Below, piece by piece: positions 17,920 through 26,863 of a stretch of DNA of 64,000 nt (position 1 is the first letter of the stretch; the number at the start of each line of letters is the position of its first letter). The position numbers and the translations under genes are program-made. The notes under the pieces were generated by a model, which saw nothing but the letters and a program-made list of their open reading frames with translations, was not told where the DNA came from and did not search any database. This stretch comes from an uncultured Candidatus Saccharibacteria bacterium (lineage in GTDB: Bacteria > Patescibacteriota > Minisyncoccia > Portnoybacterales > UBA2143), in assembly GCA_964596615.1 (NCBI GenBank), contig CAZQUN010000005.1:3216-67215 (forward strand), given 5' to 3'.

Positions 17920-20438
17920 AATTTAATCCCGGACTTAATCTTTTTAGGATTAGTCAAAGAAAGATAAAAGAATTGCTCGGCAAATTGATTTATCTTTTTT
18001 TAATTCTCTTTGGACTTTTGGGCATCTTTATCCTAGTCTATTTTACCGACAATCAGTTTATTGATGTTTTCTATCTTTCTCTTTTAACTGATATGTTCCT
18101 CCTTTATCTTTGGCAAAGCAAGAAGGAGAGAATTAAAAAAATTCGCTTGCCCGAAGAAGGGGAAGAGCTGGAGATTTCGCTTTTTCTTAATGACTTTGCC
18201 AGAAGATTACTGGAAAAGTCCTGGGCTTTAGCTTACCGAAAAGGCTATTCCTCACTTAAATCAGTTCATTTCTTCTACGTCTTTTCCAGGGAAAAAGAGT
18301 TTAAAAAGATTATTAAACGTCTTAATTGCCAACCAGAAGAAGTTATCAAAAAAACCAAGGGAATTATTGAGGGTTCCTCTCTTTCCGAGAATGTCGAGAG
18401 AAAAAATATTTTAGGAGTTGAAATTGCCTCTGATTTCAAGGGAATATTCTTTGACGCCTATTTATTCTGCCTTAAAAACAGAAAAAGCCAGATTAGTCCG
18501 CTTGATATTCTCTGGGCAATTAGTCAGCGTGAAAATGTTGTTGGAATGGTTTTTGACGAATACGGGATTAGCCCAGAAGAAATAGAAAAAGTAATTGAGT
18601 GGGCCTGGTTGGAGAAAAGAATTAAACAAGCTCAAAAGTCCTTTTTCTGGAAGAAAATATTCAAGCCAAAAGGTAAACTTAACCGGACAATGACCGCTGC
18701 TTTGACTCCTCTTTTGGATAAATTCAGCAGCGATTTGACCTATTTAGCCAGGCAGGGAGAATTCGAACTAATTATTGGCCGGAACCGAGAAATTGAACAT
18801 ATTTTTAATTTTTTCAACTCTGGAAAAACCGGGGTAATCCTGGTTGGCGAAAGCGAAATCGGTAAAAGATCAATTCTAATAAAGCTTGCCCAGATGATGG
18901 TAAAAGAAGAAGTCCCTGATTTCTTAAAAGACAAAAGATTAGTTGAATTAGATTTAGGTAGTTTGGTTAGTTTAGGCACTCAGAAATCCGAAGAATATTT
19001 AAGGCGAACAATTTTTGAAATTAATCGGGCTGGTAATATTATCCTGGTTATTGAAAACGCTGATAATCTTTCCGGGCTTAAAAATCAAGCCAGCGGCATT
19101 GACCTTTCAGAAATACTGGCCAGTTCTGTTCAAAGACAGGAAATCTTTTTTATCGGAACTTCTTTGCCGGCTAATTACGCTTCTCATTTAGAAGGCACAA
19201 TCCTAGGAAGGATTTTAAGCAAAATTGATATTGTTCTTCCTTCAAGGGAATTTCTCTGGAAAGTCCTGATTGCTAAAATCTATCTAATCGAAAAAAAGCT
19301 CAAGATATTCTATTCAGCTGATGCTCTTGACCAAGCCATTGATTTAGCTGACCGATATCTTTACGGAAAAGCTCTGCCTTCCAAGGCGATTGATCTTCTA
19401 AGTGAAGTCGGATATCTGGTTGCCGGCAGGAAAAAGGATAATATTGTCAGAGGAAAAGATATTATCGAGGTTATGTCAAGAAAGACCCAAGTGCCCTTGG
19501 GTCAGGTAGCTCAATCAGAAAAAGAAAAACTTCTTAATTTAGAGAAACTAATCCACCGGAGATTAATTAATCAGGAAGAAGCCGTTGAGGCTGTTGCTTC
19601 AGCAATGAGAAGAAGCCGGTTAGAGACCAAAAGGAGAAAAAGACCAATTGCCAATTTCCTTTTTATCGGACCAACTGGGGTCGGTAAAACTGAATTATCC
19701 AAAACTTTAGCTGCTGTCTATTTCGGAGACGAAAAAAAAATGATTCGTTTAGATATGTCTGAATATCAGGAAAAAAGAGGACTGCGTCGTTTAATCGGAT
19801 TGCGAACAGAAAAAGGAATCAGCAAAGGCTATTTAACTGAAGCCATCAAGCGCCAACCTCATTCTCTTTTACTTCTGGATGAAATTGAAAAAGCCCATCC
19901 CGATATCCTAAATCTCTTTTTACAAGTTATGGATGAGGGCCGTCTAACCGATGCTTCCGGCGAAACAATTAATTTCAACGATATTATTCTAATTGGAACT
20001 TCCAATGCTGGGACTCAATTTATTCAACAAAAAATCGCCCAGGGCATTGAATACGAAGAAATTTACCGGGAATTAAAAGAAGATGTTCTCTTAGAGCATT
20101 TCCGGCCGGAATACTTAAACCGTTTTGATAAAATTGTCCTGTTTAAGAGTTTATCCATGGAGAATATGAGGGAAATTACCAGATTATTCATTAAGGGAGT
20201 TAACCGAAAACTGGAAGAAAAAGGTGTTGAAATTGAAGTTGAAAAGGAAGCTCTCGACCAACTGGCAGCCATGGGATATGACCCGCTCTATGGCGCCCGG
20301 CCATTAAGAAGAGTTATCCAGGAAAAAGTTGAAAACATCTTGGCAAAGATGTTCTTAGAGGATAAAATTAAGAGAAGGGATAAGATTATTATTAAAAAAG
20401 GCTTAGTTTTTGAAATTAAAAAAGCTCTTCAGTTGTAA
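17805..20438 (+). CDS. Membrane-anchored Clp/Hsp100-family AAA+ ATPase (ClpC-like). Clp_N repeats, a degenerate first AAA domain and an intact second AAA domain. The likely true start is the ATG at 17901.
   Basis: D2 has Walker A GPTGVGKTE, Walker B LLLLDEIEKAHPD and the sensor/arginine region. D1 carries GESEIGKRS and ILVIENADNL instead of GEPGVGKT and DE. N-terminal hydrophobic helices precede two Clp_N-like repeats. Confidence 0.8.
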   Translation: MADSIPLVFIFLLVILMVFNFNSLDCFTSFYHMATDNLKFNPGLNLFRISQRKIKELLGKLIYLFLILFGLLGIFILVYFTDNQFIDVFYLSLLTDMFLLYLWQSKKERIKKIRLPEEGEELEISLFLNDFARRLLEKSWALAYRKGYSSLKSVHFFYVFSREKEFKKIIKRLNCQPEEVIKKTKGIIEGSSLSENVERKNILGVEIASDFKGIFFDAYLFCLKNRKSQISPLDILWAISQRENVVGMVFDEYGISPEEIEKVIEWAWLEKRIKQAQKSFFWKKIFKPKGKLNRTMTAALTPLLDKFSSDLTYLARQGEFELIIGRNREIEHIFNFFNSGKTGVILVGESEIGKRSILIKLAQMMVKEEVPDFLKDKRLVELDLGSLVSLGTQKSEEYLRRTIFEINRAGNIILVIENADNLSGLKNQASGIDLSEILASSVQRQEIFFIGTSLPANYASHLEGTILGRILSKIDIVLPSREFLWKVLIAKIYLIEKKLKIFYSADALDQAIDLADRYLYGKALPSKAIDLLSEVGYLVAGRKKDNIVRGKDIIEVMSRKTQVPLGQVAQSEKEKLLNLEKLIHRRLINQEEAVEAVASAMRRSRLETKRRKRPIANFLFIGPTGVGKTELSKTLAAVYFGDEKKMIRLDMSEYQEKRGLRRLIGLRTEKGISKGYLTEAIKRQPHSLLLLDEIEKAHPDILNLFLQVMDEGRLTDASGETINFNDIILIGTSNAGTQFIQQKIAQGIEYEEIYRELKEDVLLEHFRPEYLNRFDKIVLFKSLSMENMREITRLFIKGVNRKLEEKGVEIEVEKEALDQLAAMGYDPLYGARPLRRVIQEKVENILAKMFLEDKIKRRDKIIIKKGLVFEIKKALQL

Positions 20439-20875
20439 TGGAAGAATCAAGAAAAAAACTATTTGCCCAAATTTACAAGTTTGTCATTATCGGCGCTTTG
20501 AATACGGCCATTGATTTTGGTGTTTTAAATCTTTTAATGTGGTGGACAGGAATTTATTCCGGCAATTGGATTATTCTCTTGAATATGATTTCGTTTTCCG
20601 TCGCGGTAACCAACAGCTATTTCTGGAATAAATACTGGACCTTTAAAGCCAAGGAGGAGGGAGAGAATAGGATTAAGGAATTCTCTCAGTATGTTGCCGT
20701 TACCCTGGTTGGCCTGGTTTTAAACACAGCTGCTGTCTATTTAATCACAACTTTTATTCCGCCAATGTTCGGAACAAGCAAAGAACTTTGGGCTAATCTG
20801 GCCAAGGTTGTTGCCACCGGCATTTCCCTTATCTGGAATTTTCTCGGTTACAAGTTTATTGTTTTCAGGAAATAA
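20438..20875 (+). CDS. GtrA-family polysaccharide-synthesis membrane protein
   Basis: 145 aa with 4 TM and FVIIGALNTAIDFGVLNLL, the typical GtrA N-terminus. Confidence 0.7.
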   Translation: MEESRKKLFAQIYKFVIIGALNTAIDFGVLNLLMWWTGIYSGNWIILLNMISFSVAVTNSYFWNKYWTFKAKEEGENRIKEFSQYVAVTLVGLVLNTAAVYLITTFIPPMFGTSKELWANLAKVVATGISLIWNFLGYKFIVFRK

Positions 20876-20876
20876 C

Positions 20877-20904
20877 TTGACTTTCGCTTTATTTAGGTTA
20901 GAAT
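20877..20904 (+). promoter_or_regulatory. Sigma70-like promoter (TTGACT-16-TAGAAT) driving the candidate ncRNA
   Basis: Direct reading: ttgact ttcgctttatttaggt tagaat. Confidence 0.45.
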
Positions 20905-20910
20905 AGTTTT

Positions 20911-21189
20911 TCAGTTCTTTTTTATTAACCCAAAACAGAAGGGGGTAGAATGTCAGTCCATCCGAGTTTGAAAGACGTACGGTTTAAAGGGCACTCGAGA
21001 AGTAGAAAAAAGACAGTTCAATGGAGTCAAGTCTTTGCCTCGGCCAGAAAAAAGGATAGGAATACGGAAGAACAACGACAAAGGGCCTTTGGGGAGAAAA
21101 TAAAGGATTATTCCGAAGACGATTAACCCGTTTTCCCGTTTTACGCCCAGCAATGTGTTACAAAAGCGTTGCTGGGCGCTTTTCTTTTT
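20911..21189 (+). ncRNA. Candidate structured small RNA (approx 280 nt) between gtrA and dnaX, ending in a strong intrinsic terminator. Identity unresolved. The position upstream of dnaX is where Firmicutes carry SRP RNA, but the conserved SRP helix-8 motif is not evident.
   Basis: No convincing plus-strand ORF. Promoter at 20877. Terminator gcccagcaa-N15-ttgctgggc plus gcttttcttttt at 21145-21189. Confidence 0.35.
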
Positions 21190-21213
21190 GTCTTTTTATG
21201 ATATACTAGCGAT

Positions 21214-22314
21214 ATGAATAACTTGGTTCTATACCGTAAATACAGGCCAAAAACCTTTTCCGATGTTGTTGGTCAGGAACATATTGTCAAAACCCTGACC
21301 AATGCTTTATCAACGGGAAAAGTCGCCCATGCTTATCTTCTGACTGGCCCAAGAGGAACAGGGAAGACCAGTATAGCCAGGCTACTAGCCAAGGCGGTTA
21401 ATTGCTTGGACAAAAAAGAATCAGAGCCCTGTAATAAATGCCAGGCCTGCCAGGAAATTAATCAGGGCAAATCACTTGATTTAATTGAAATCGACGCGGC
21501 TTCAAACCGGGGAATTGATGAAATTAGGGAATTAAGAGATGGAATTAAATTCAGTCCGAATAATCTTAAATACAAAGTTTTTATCATTGACGAAGTCCAT
21601 CAATTAACCCGAGAAGCTTTTAATGCCTTATTAAAAACTCTAGAAGAACCGCCCGCCCACGCTATTTTTATTTTAGCCACAACAGAAATTCATAAAGTTC
21701 CCCAGACAATCATTTCAAGATGCCAGAGATTTGATTTCCATAAACTAACTCTGGATAAGATTGTTTCTCGATTAGAATCAATTTCTAATCAGGAAAAGGT
21801 TAAAATTGAAAAACCAGCCCTTGAATTAATTGCTCTTAATGCCGACGGTTCAATAAGAGATGGAGAAAGCCTCTTGGGCCAGGTTATTTCAATGGAAGAT
21901 AAGAATATTACTTTAGAAGAGGTCCAGGCAATTTTAGGAGTAACCGATATTAAAGCTGTTCAGGATTTAGTTGGTTATTTAGCAGAAAAAAACAACGGGG
22001 GAGCGATTTCACATATTAACCAGATTTCCAGCCAGGGATATGATTTAGTTCAATTCTCAAAATCTCTGATTAATTATTTAAGAAAAATGATGATTCTGAA
22101 GGTTGATTCTGATTTATCCAAGCTAGTTGCCGCAGAATTGACGAAAGAGCAGAAGGATGTTATAGTAGGACAAGGAGAGAAGTTTAATCAGCCGGATTTA
22201 ATTAAAACGATTCATCTTTTTATTAACGCTTCAAATGAAATTAAATCAGCTGATTTTCCTCAACTACCTCTGGAATTAGCAGTGGTTGAGTGTTGTCAGG
22301 AAAAAAAGTTATGA
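21214..22314 (+). CDS. dnaX: DNA polymerase III subunit gamma/tau, short form (clamp-loader domains I-III only)
   Basis: Walker A GPRGTGKTS, zinc module CNKCQACQ, DEVHQL box and SRC motif (SRCQRF). Only 366 aa, so it lacks the tau C-terminal domains. Confidence 0.9.
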   Translation: MNNLVLYRKYRPKTFSDVVGQEHIVKTLTNALSTGKVAHAYLLTGPRGTGKTSIARLLAKAVNCLDKKESEPCNKCQACQEINQGKSLDLIEIDAASNRGIDEIRELRDGIKFSPNNLKYKVFIIDEVHQLTREAFNALLKTLEEPPAHAIFILATTEIHKVPQTIISRCQRFDFHKLTLDKIVSRLESISNQEKVKIEKPALELIALNADGSIRDGESLLGQVISMEDKNITLEEVQAILGVTDIKAVQDLVGYLAEKNNGGAISHINQISSQGYDLVQFSKSLINYLRKMMILKVDSDLSKLVAAELTKEQKDVIVGQGEKFNQPDLIKTIHLFINASNEIKSADFPQLPLELAVVECCQEKKL

Positions 22315-23099
22315 AAAAAATACCCAACAAGAAAAAAATACACTTAATACTGCTTCTATTATATCCGTTGATTGCTGGCTTTCTTTCATTGTGGTTTGGT
22401 TTGAATCTTCTTTGGTCAATTGTGTTATTCCTTCTTGCTCCTTCGCTCCATTTATCGTTTTTATTAAAAAAAGCAATAATGAAAACAGCTCTTTTCAGTT
22501 TGAGTACAATTGTTCCAGCAATGATTTTCATTGACTATATCGCACATCTGACGAAACAATGGATTATTCCGGAAACTATTTTTCCTTTTAGAATCCTTGG
22601 CCCGGTTTCTTTAGAGGGTATTATTTGGGCATTTCTTCTCGGATATTTCATTGTTATGTTCTACGAGTATTTCTTTGATGTTCAGAGCGATAGAAAACTC
22701 TGGCATCGGAAAATGATATACCTGACAAGCCTTTTTGTTTCTCTCTTAGTCATTACTTTGATTTTAATAGCTTTGGCGCCTTCTTTCTTGGAAATTCCTT
22801 TTTTCTATTTCTGGTGGGGAACGATTATAATTTTGATTCCAACAGTGATTGAAATGTTTCGTCGACCGAACCTATTTGGTAAATTCTTCCTAACCGGCGC
22901 ATATTTCTTCTATTTAACCTTTATTTATGAGATTGCTGCTTTGAAGCTTGGATGGTGGTACTTCCCAGCGACTGATTTTATAGGATGGGTTTCAGTCATG
23001 GGTGTTAAATTCCCTTTGGAAGAATTCTTTTTCTGGTTAGTTTTAACAGCCATAGCCGCTCTGTCTTATTATGAATTCTTTGATGATGACGAGCGCTAA
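22290..23099 (+). CDS. Polytopic integral membrane protein, function unknown
   Basis: 269 aa, about 8 TM helices, W/F-rich. No assignable motif. Confidence 0.5.
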   Translation: MLSGKKVMKKIPNKKKIHLILLLLYPLIAGFLSLWFGLNLLWSIVLFLLAPSLHLSFLLKKAIMKTALFSLSTIVPAMIFIDYIAHLTKQWIIPETIFPFRILGPVSLEGIIWAFLLGYFIVMFYEYFFDVQSDRKLWHRKMIYLTSLFVSLLVITLILIALAPSFLEIPFFYFWWGTIIILIPTVIEMFRRPNLFGKFFLTGAYFFYLTFIYEIAALKLGWWYFPATDFIGWVSVMGVKFPLEEFFFWLVLTAIAALSYYEFFDDDER

Positions 23100-23123
23100 A
23101 AACTAATTTAACAATTAAAATAT

Positions 23124-23198
23124 TGGGGAGTCGCCAAGTGGTAAGGCACAGGATTTTGGTTCCTGCATTCGGGGGTTCGAATCCCTCCTCCCCAGCCA
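23124..23198 (+). tRNA. tRNA-Gln (anticodon UUG)
   Basis: Manual cloverleaf fold. Acceptor tggggag/ctcccca. Anticodon stem cagga/tcctg with loop ttTTGgt. T-arm gggggttcgaatccctc. Encoded CCA. Confidence 0.85.
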
Positions 23199-23203
23199 GG
23201 AAT

Positions 23204-24181
23204 ATGAAAAACTCGCCCAAGAAAAAACTGATATTACCTACCATATTGATTTTGGTTGTTTTTATTAGTTTTTTCTTCCTATACCAAAGAGACAATACGA
23301 TAAAACAACTAGTTTTGGATTTGGGTTCCAATGTTTCTGATTTGGACTCAAGGACAGAAAAATTAGATATCAGCACGGAGAAAATTGAAAAGAAGATTGT
23401 TCTATTAAAAGAACAGGGTTATGTCGAAATAGATGACACGCCGGCTATTGTCGGAAGTGTCCTTCCCTCTGTTGTTTTCGTTATGACCAAATCCTCTGAT
23501 TCTGATTACAATAAGGAGAATCAGATTCTAATAACAGACCAATCCAATGTTCGCGGAACAGGTTTCTTTATCTCAAGTGATGGATATATTGCCACGGCCA
23601 AGCATGTTGTTTCCGGACTTGAGCAGCAAAATATTGAAGTTCAGGACAACAATGGAAATCGCTACGGAGTTGACCAGATATTTATGGATGAAAATTCAGA
23701 TGTTAGTTTAATAAAAATTAAAAGTACCAAAAAACATCCAATTATTAAATTCGGATATTTCGAGAATTTAGAAATTGGCGATGAAGTTGGAGTAATTGGT
23801 TTTAATCCGGGATTTGATACACCCTTACTCCACAAAGGCAATGTTTCGGCCAAGGGATTAGATGAAAATGGCCTGAAAATGTTTACGATAAATTCTTTTG
23901 TTAATAAGGGAAATAGCGGCAGCCCTGTTTTTTCTCTAAGAACTGGGAGAATCCTGGGTGTTCTGAGTGCCAGGAAATCCGAAGCTCAGACCTACAAACT
24001 ATTAGACCCGAATCAATTCAATTCAGGGGTTTCATTTGGCGGAATTGGCGACCCGGGGGTCTTAAGCGCAACGCTCTATAATGAAACGGTTAAAATAGTC
24101 GAGGAGGCATCACAGGTCGGAATCGGCATTGTTTATTCTACAGATTTAGTTCGTCAATTAATGAGGGAATATAGGAAATAG
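23204..24181 (+). CDS. Trypsin-like (S1/S1C-type) serine protease, membrane-anchored, no PDZ domain
   Basis: His region GTGFFISSDGYIATAKHVV, Asp region and Ser box NKGNSGSPVF. The track ORF starts inside the tRNA-Gln gene, so the start was moved to the ATG at 23204 (MKNSPKKK...), just before a TM segment. Confidence 0.75.
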   Translation: MKNSPKKKLILPTILILVVFISFFFLYQRDNTIKQLVLDLGSNVSDLDSRTEKLDISTEKIEKKIVLLKEQGYVEIDDTPAIVGSVLPSVVFVMTKSSDSDYNKENQILITDQSNVRGTGFFISSDGYIATAKHVVSGLEQQNIEVQDNNGNRYGVDQIFMDENSDVSLIKIKSTKKHPIIKFGYFENLEIGDEVGVIGFNPGFDTPLLHKGNVSAKGLDENGLKMFTINSFVNKGNSGSPVFSLRTGRILGVLSARKSEAQTYKLLDPNQFNSGVSFGGIGDPGVLSATLYNETVKIVEEASQVGIGIVYSTDLVRQLMREYRK

Positions 24182-24211
24182 ATCTAATTCAAAGATTGAA
24201 TCTCTAAGAAT

Positions 24212-25072
24212 ATGACTCCATTGAAAATTGTAATCGTTCGGACAATTAAAGGACAGAAGTACGCTAATTTTATTGCCAAAGAAATCAATCTAGCCGGCTA
24301 TCGAGCCGGTATTACCGATATTAAAAACTTAAAAAAATATTTGAAAAGTGAAAATTGCTCGCCAGGAACCACCTTGATTCATTCCCGGACTGCTCATCCT
24401 AATCTAACTTATAGGGTTCTCAAAGAATTAGAAGACCAGGGATATAAGATAGTTAATTCAGCCGAAGCAATCAGATTAACTAGTGATAAATATAGTTCCT
24501 GTATTTTTGCCAAGGAAAACAATATTCCTTGCGCTGATACTTCAAAGACCTCAAAAGAAGAAGCCCTTTCTTTTGTAAAAGAAAAGATAAGGGAATGGGA
24601 AAAGGTTGTCGTCAAACCAGTTACCAGCCAGGGACAAGGCCAATACGCCTTTATGTTTAACAAGGATAATATTTCAGAGATTGAGGGAAAAATAAAAAGC
24701 GTTCCGGCCAAAGAACTGGTTGTCCAGAAATATCTTGATTATGAGCGCTTAAGCCGGGTAATTGTTATTGGCTCTAAAGCATTGGAAAAAGCGGTTCTCT
24801 ATGATGAGCCAGGAAATGGTTGGAAGTGCAGCGTTTGCCTTAATCCTGAAATTAAAGTTTTTAAAAATCCGCCTCAAGAACTTTTAGAATTTGCTCAAAA
24901 GATTGCTAAAGAGTTCAAGGCCGAAATTTGTTTTGTTGATATCTTTACAACTAAGAACGGATATGTTTTAAATGAGATAAATACTGCCTGTAGTTTAATA
25001 ATCCACGAGAGGATTAGTCAGTATAATATTTCAAAAGATATCGCTGATTATTTGTTATCCTTGGCTAAATAA
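24212..25072 (+). CDS. ATP-grasp domain protein (RimK/LysX-like ligase)
   Basis: 286 aa. VVKPVTSQGQGQYAFMF and the following E/D-rich segments resemble ATP-grasp B/C subdomains. Assigned at family level only. Confidence 0.5.
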   Translation: MTPLKIVIVRTIKGQKYANFIAKEINLAGYRAGITDIKNLKKYLKSENCSPGTTLIHSRTAHPNLTYRVLKELEDQGYKIVNSAEAIRLTSDKYSSCIFAKENNIPCADTSKTSKEEALSFVKEKIREWEKVVVKPVTSQGQGQYAFMFNKDNISEIEGKIKSVPAKELVVQKYLDYERLSRVIVIGSKALEKAVLYDEPGNGWKCSVCLNPEIKVFKNPPQELLEFAQKIAKEFKAEICFVDIFTTKNGYVLNEINTACSLIIHERISQYNISKDIADYLLSLAK

Positions 25073-25074
25073 AC

Positions 25075-25602
25075 ATGAATAATTTAAAGAAAAAAATTAG
25101 AGAGGTGCCTGATTGGCCCAAGAAAGGGGTTAATTTTAAGGACATCACCACTCTTTTAGAAAACCCGAAATATTTTAAACAAGTTATTGATTTAATTGCT
25201 AAGCCTCTGGCAAAGAAGAAAATTGACAAAATTGTCGGAATTGATGCCAGGGGATTTTTAATTGCCGCCCCGGTCGCTTACAAATTAAAAACCGGATTAG
25301 CCATTGTCAGAAAAAAAGGAAAACTTCCTTTTGATACTATTGAAAAGGAATATACTCTGGAATACGCTAAAGCTATTATCCAAATACACAAAGATACGAT
25401 TAAAAAAGGAGAAAAAGTTGTTTTAATTGACGACTTGTTAGCCACCGGCGGAACTGCTTTAGCCACCTGCGATTTAATAGAAAAACTAGGAGGAAAAATT
25501 CTGGAAGTTTGCCTGATTATTGATTTACCCTTTTTAGGCGGTTCAAAGAAATTAAAGAGGAGGTATAAGGTAAGGAGCTTAGTCTCATATGATAAAGAAT
25601 AA
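25075..25602 (+). CDS. apt: Adenine phosphoribosyltransferase
   Basis: PRPP-binding motif VVLIDDLLATGGTALA. The upstream GIDARGFLIAAPVAYKL matches Apt. Confidence 0.9.
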   Translation: MNNLKKKIREVPDWPKKGVNFKDITTLLENPKYFKQVIDLIAKPLAKKKIDKIVGIDARGFLIAAPVAYKLKTGLAIVRKKGKLPFDTIEKEYTLEYAKAIIQIHKDTIKKGEKVVLIDDLLATGGTALATCDLIEKLGGKILEVCLIIDLPFLGGSKKLKRRYKVRSLVSYDKE

Positions 25603-26356
25603 GATTGGAATAATTGGCGGGAGCGGAATCGATGATCCGGAAATATTAAAAAATGCCAAGGAAGTTAATTTAAAAACCCCCTATGGCAAAACGTCATCGC
25701 AATTAATCACAGGAAAGATTAAAGGAATTAATGTTGCTATCTTAGCCCGCCACGGCAAGAAGCATAATATTATACCAACCAAGGTTCCTTTCCGGGCTAA
25801 TTTATGGGCTTTGAATAAGGTTGGTGTCACTCATATTTTAGCCACAACCGCCTGTGGCTCTTTAAGAGAAAAAATTAAGCCAAAACAGTTAATTTTTTTA
25901 GACCAGTTTATTGATTTTACCAAACACCGGGATTTAACTTTTCATGAAGATAAAGTTGTCCATACTTCAATGGCAGACCCTTTTTGTGGAGAACTAAGGA
26001 AGGTTTTAATCAAAACAGCCAAAGAATTAAAAATTCCTCATCATAAAAAAGGGACAGTGATAACAATTGAAGGACCAAGGTTTTCAACCCGGGCTGAAAG
26101 CCATATGTTCAGAAAATTCGGCGCTGATGTCATCAATATGTCGACTGTCCCGGAAGTAATTTTAGCCAGGGAATTGGGGATTTGCTACGCTTCGATTGCT
26201 ATGGCAACGGATTATGATACCTGGCATAAATCAGAGGAACCGGTTACCTGGGAAATGATTTTATCAGTCATGAAAGAAAATGCCGGCAATGTTAAAAGGT
26301 TAATTTCAGAAGTTATTCCCAAAATAGATTTTACTGATTGCTCTTGTCGGGGATAG
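25589..26356 (+). CDS. mtnP: S-methyl-5'-thioadenosine phosphorylase / PNP-family purine nucleoside phosphorylase
   Basis: IGIIGGSGIDDPEIL N-terminus. PNP/MTAP fold segments GVTHILATTACGSL and VINMSTVPEVILARELGICYASIAMATDYD. Confidence 0.8.
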   Translation: MIKNKIGIIGGSGIDDPEILKNAKEVNLKTPYGKTSSQLITGKIKGINVAILARHGKKHNIIPTKVPFRANLWALNKVGVTHILATTACGSLREKIKPKQLIFLDQFIDFTKHRDLTFHEDKVVHTSMADPFCGELRKVLIKTAKELKIPHHKKGTVITIEGPRFSTRAESHMFRKFGADVINMSTVPEVILARELGICYASIAMATDYDTWHKSEEPVTWEMILSVMKENAGNVKRLISEVIPKIDFTDCSCRG

Positions 26357-26371
26357 AAATATTTTATCCAC

Positions 26372-26420
26372 TTGACAAAAGTTTTTAATTTGCTAAACTT
26401 ATACCATAACCTATGGTATA
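26372..26420 (+). promoter_or_regulatory. csoR promoter (TTGACA-16-TAAACT) with a 19-bp perfect palindromic operator ATACCATAACCTATGGTAT immediately downstream of the -10
   Basis: Direct reading. The palindrome at 26401-26419 overlaps the expected transcription start. The repressor gene follows. Confidence 0.55.
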
Positions 26421-26431
26421 GGTATAAACTT

Positions 26432-26704
26432 ATGAAAATACAAAGAGAAAAAACTTTAACTAATTTCAAAAAAGCCCAGAGTTCAATCAATGGGATTATT
26501 AAAATGATTGAAAAGGGTGAGTATTGTATTGATGTTATGCAACAGAATCTGGCTGTAATCGGATTATTAAAATCAGCTCATCAAATGTTGATGGAAAATC
26601 ATCTCGATACTTGCTTTAAAAAAGCAATTGGAAGCAAGAACGAAAAAAAGAAAAAGGAAATGACAGAAGAAATTTTGAAAGTAACAAAATTATTTAATAA
26701 GTAG
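26432..26704 (+). CDS. csoR: CsoR/RcnR-family metal-sensing transcriptional repressor (likely Cu-responsive)
   Basis: About 90 aa, all-alpha. Conserved C..H..C-type ligand positions (GEYCIDVMQQ ... HQMLMENHLDTCF). The track ORF begins at a TTG inside the -35 element. The ATG at 26432 (MKIQREK) is more plausible. Confidence 0.7.
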   Translation: MKIQREKTLTNFKKAQSSINGIIKMIEKGEYCIDVMQQNLAVIGLLKSAHQMLMENHLDTCFKKAIGSKNEKKKKEMTEEILKVTKLFNK

Positions 26705-26863
26705 ACCCCTTACAAAATAATCCTTTCTACTGCAAATTCATACTTTTGGCTGCAAATCATTCAGAGTTCGTCGCCTATACACAAGTATAAGCTCCTCACT
26801 CTTCATGATTTTCGCTCAAAACTATCAATTTTCGTAACGAAAGATTATTTCGTAAGAGGTCTT

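Noticed and set aside
20953-21153. 66-aa minus-strand ORF in the gtrA-dnaX spacer
   Set aside because: No RBS and an odd composition. The region is better explained as a plus-strand promoter-to-terminator non-coding unit.
20911-21189. Confident SRP RNA (ffs) call
   Set aside because: The position upstream of dnaX fits, but the universally conserved helix-8 sequence is not recognisable by eye. It is kept only as an unassigned ncRNA candidate.
23005-23376. 123-aa minus-strand ORF overlapping tRNA-Gln
   Set aside because: It runs antisense across a clearly folding tRNA gene and across the start of the protease gene. It is spurious.
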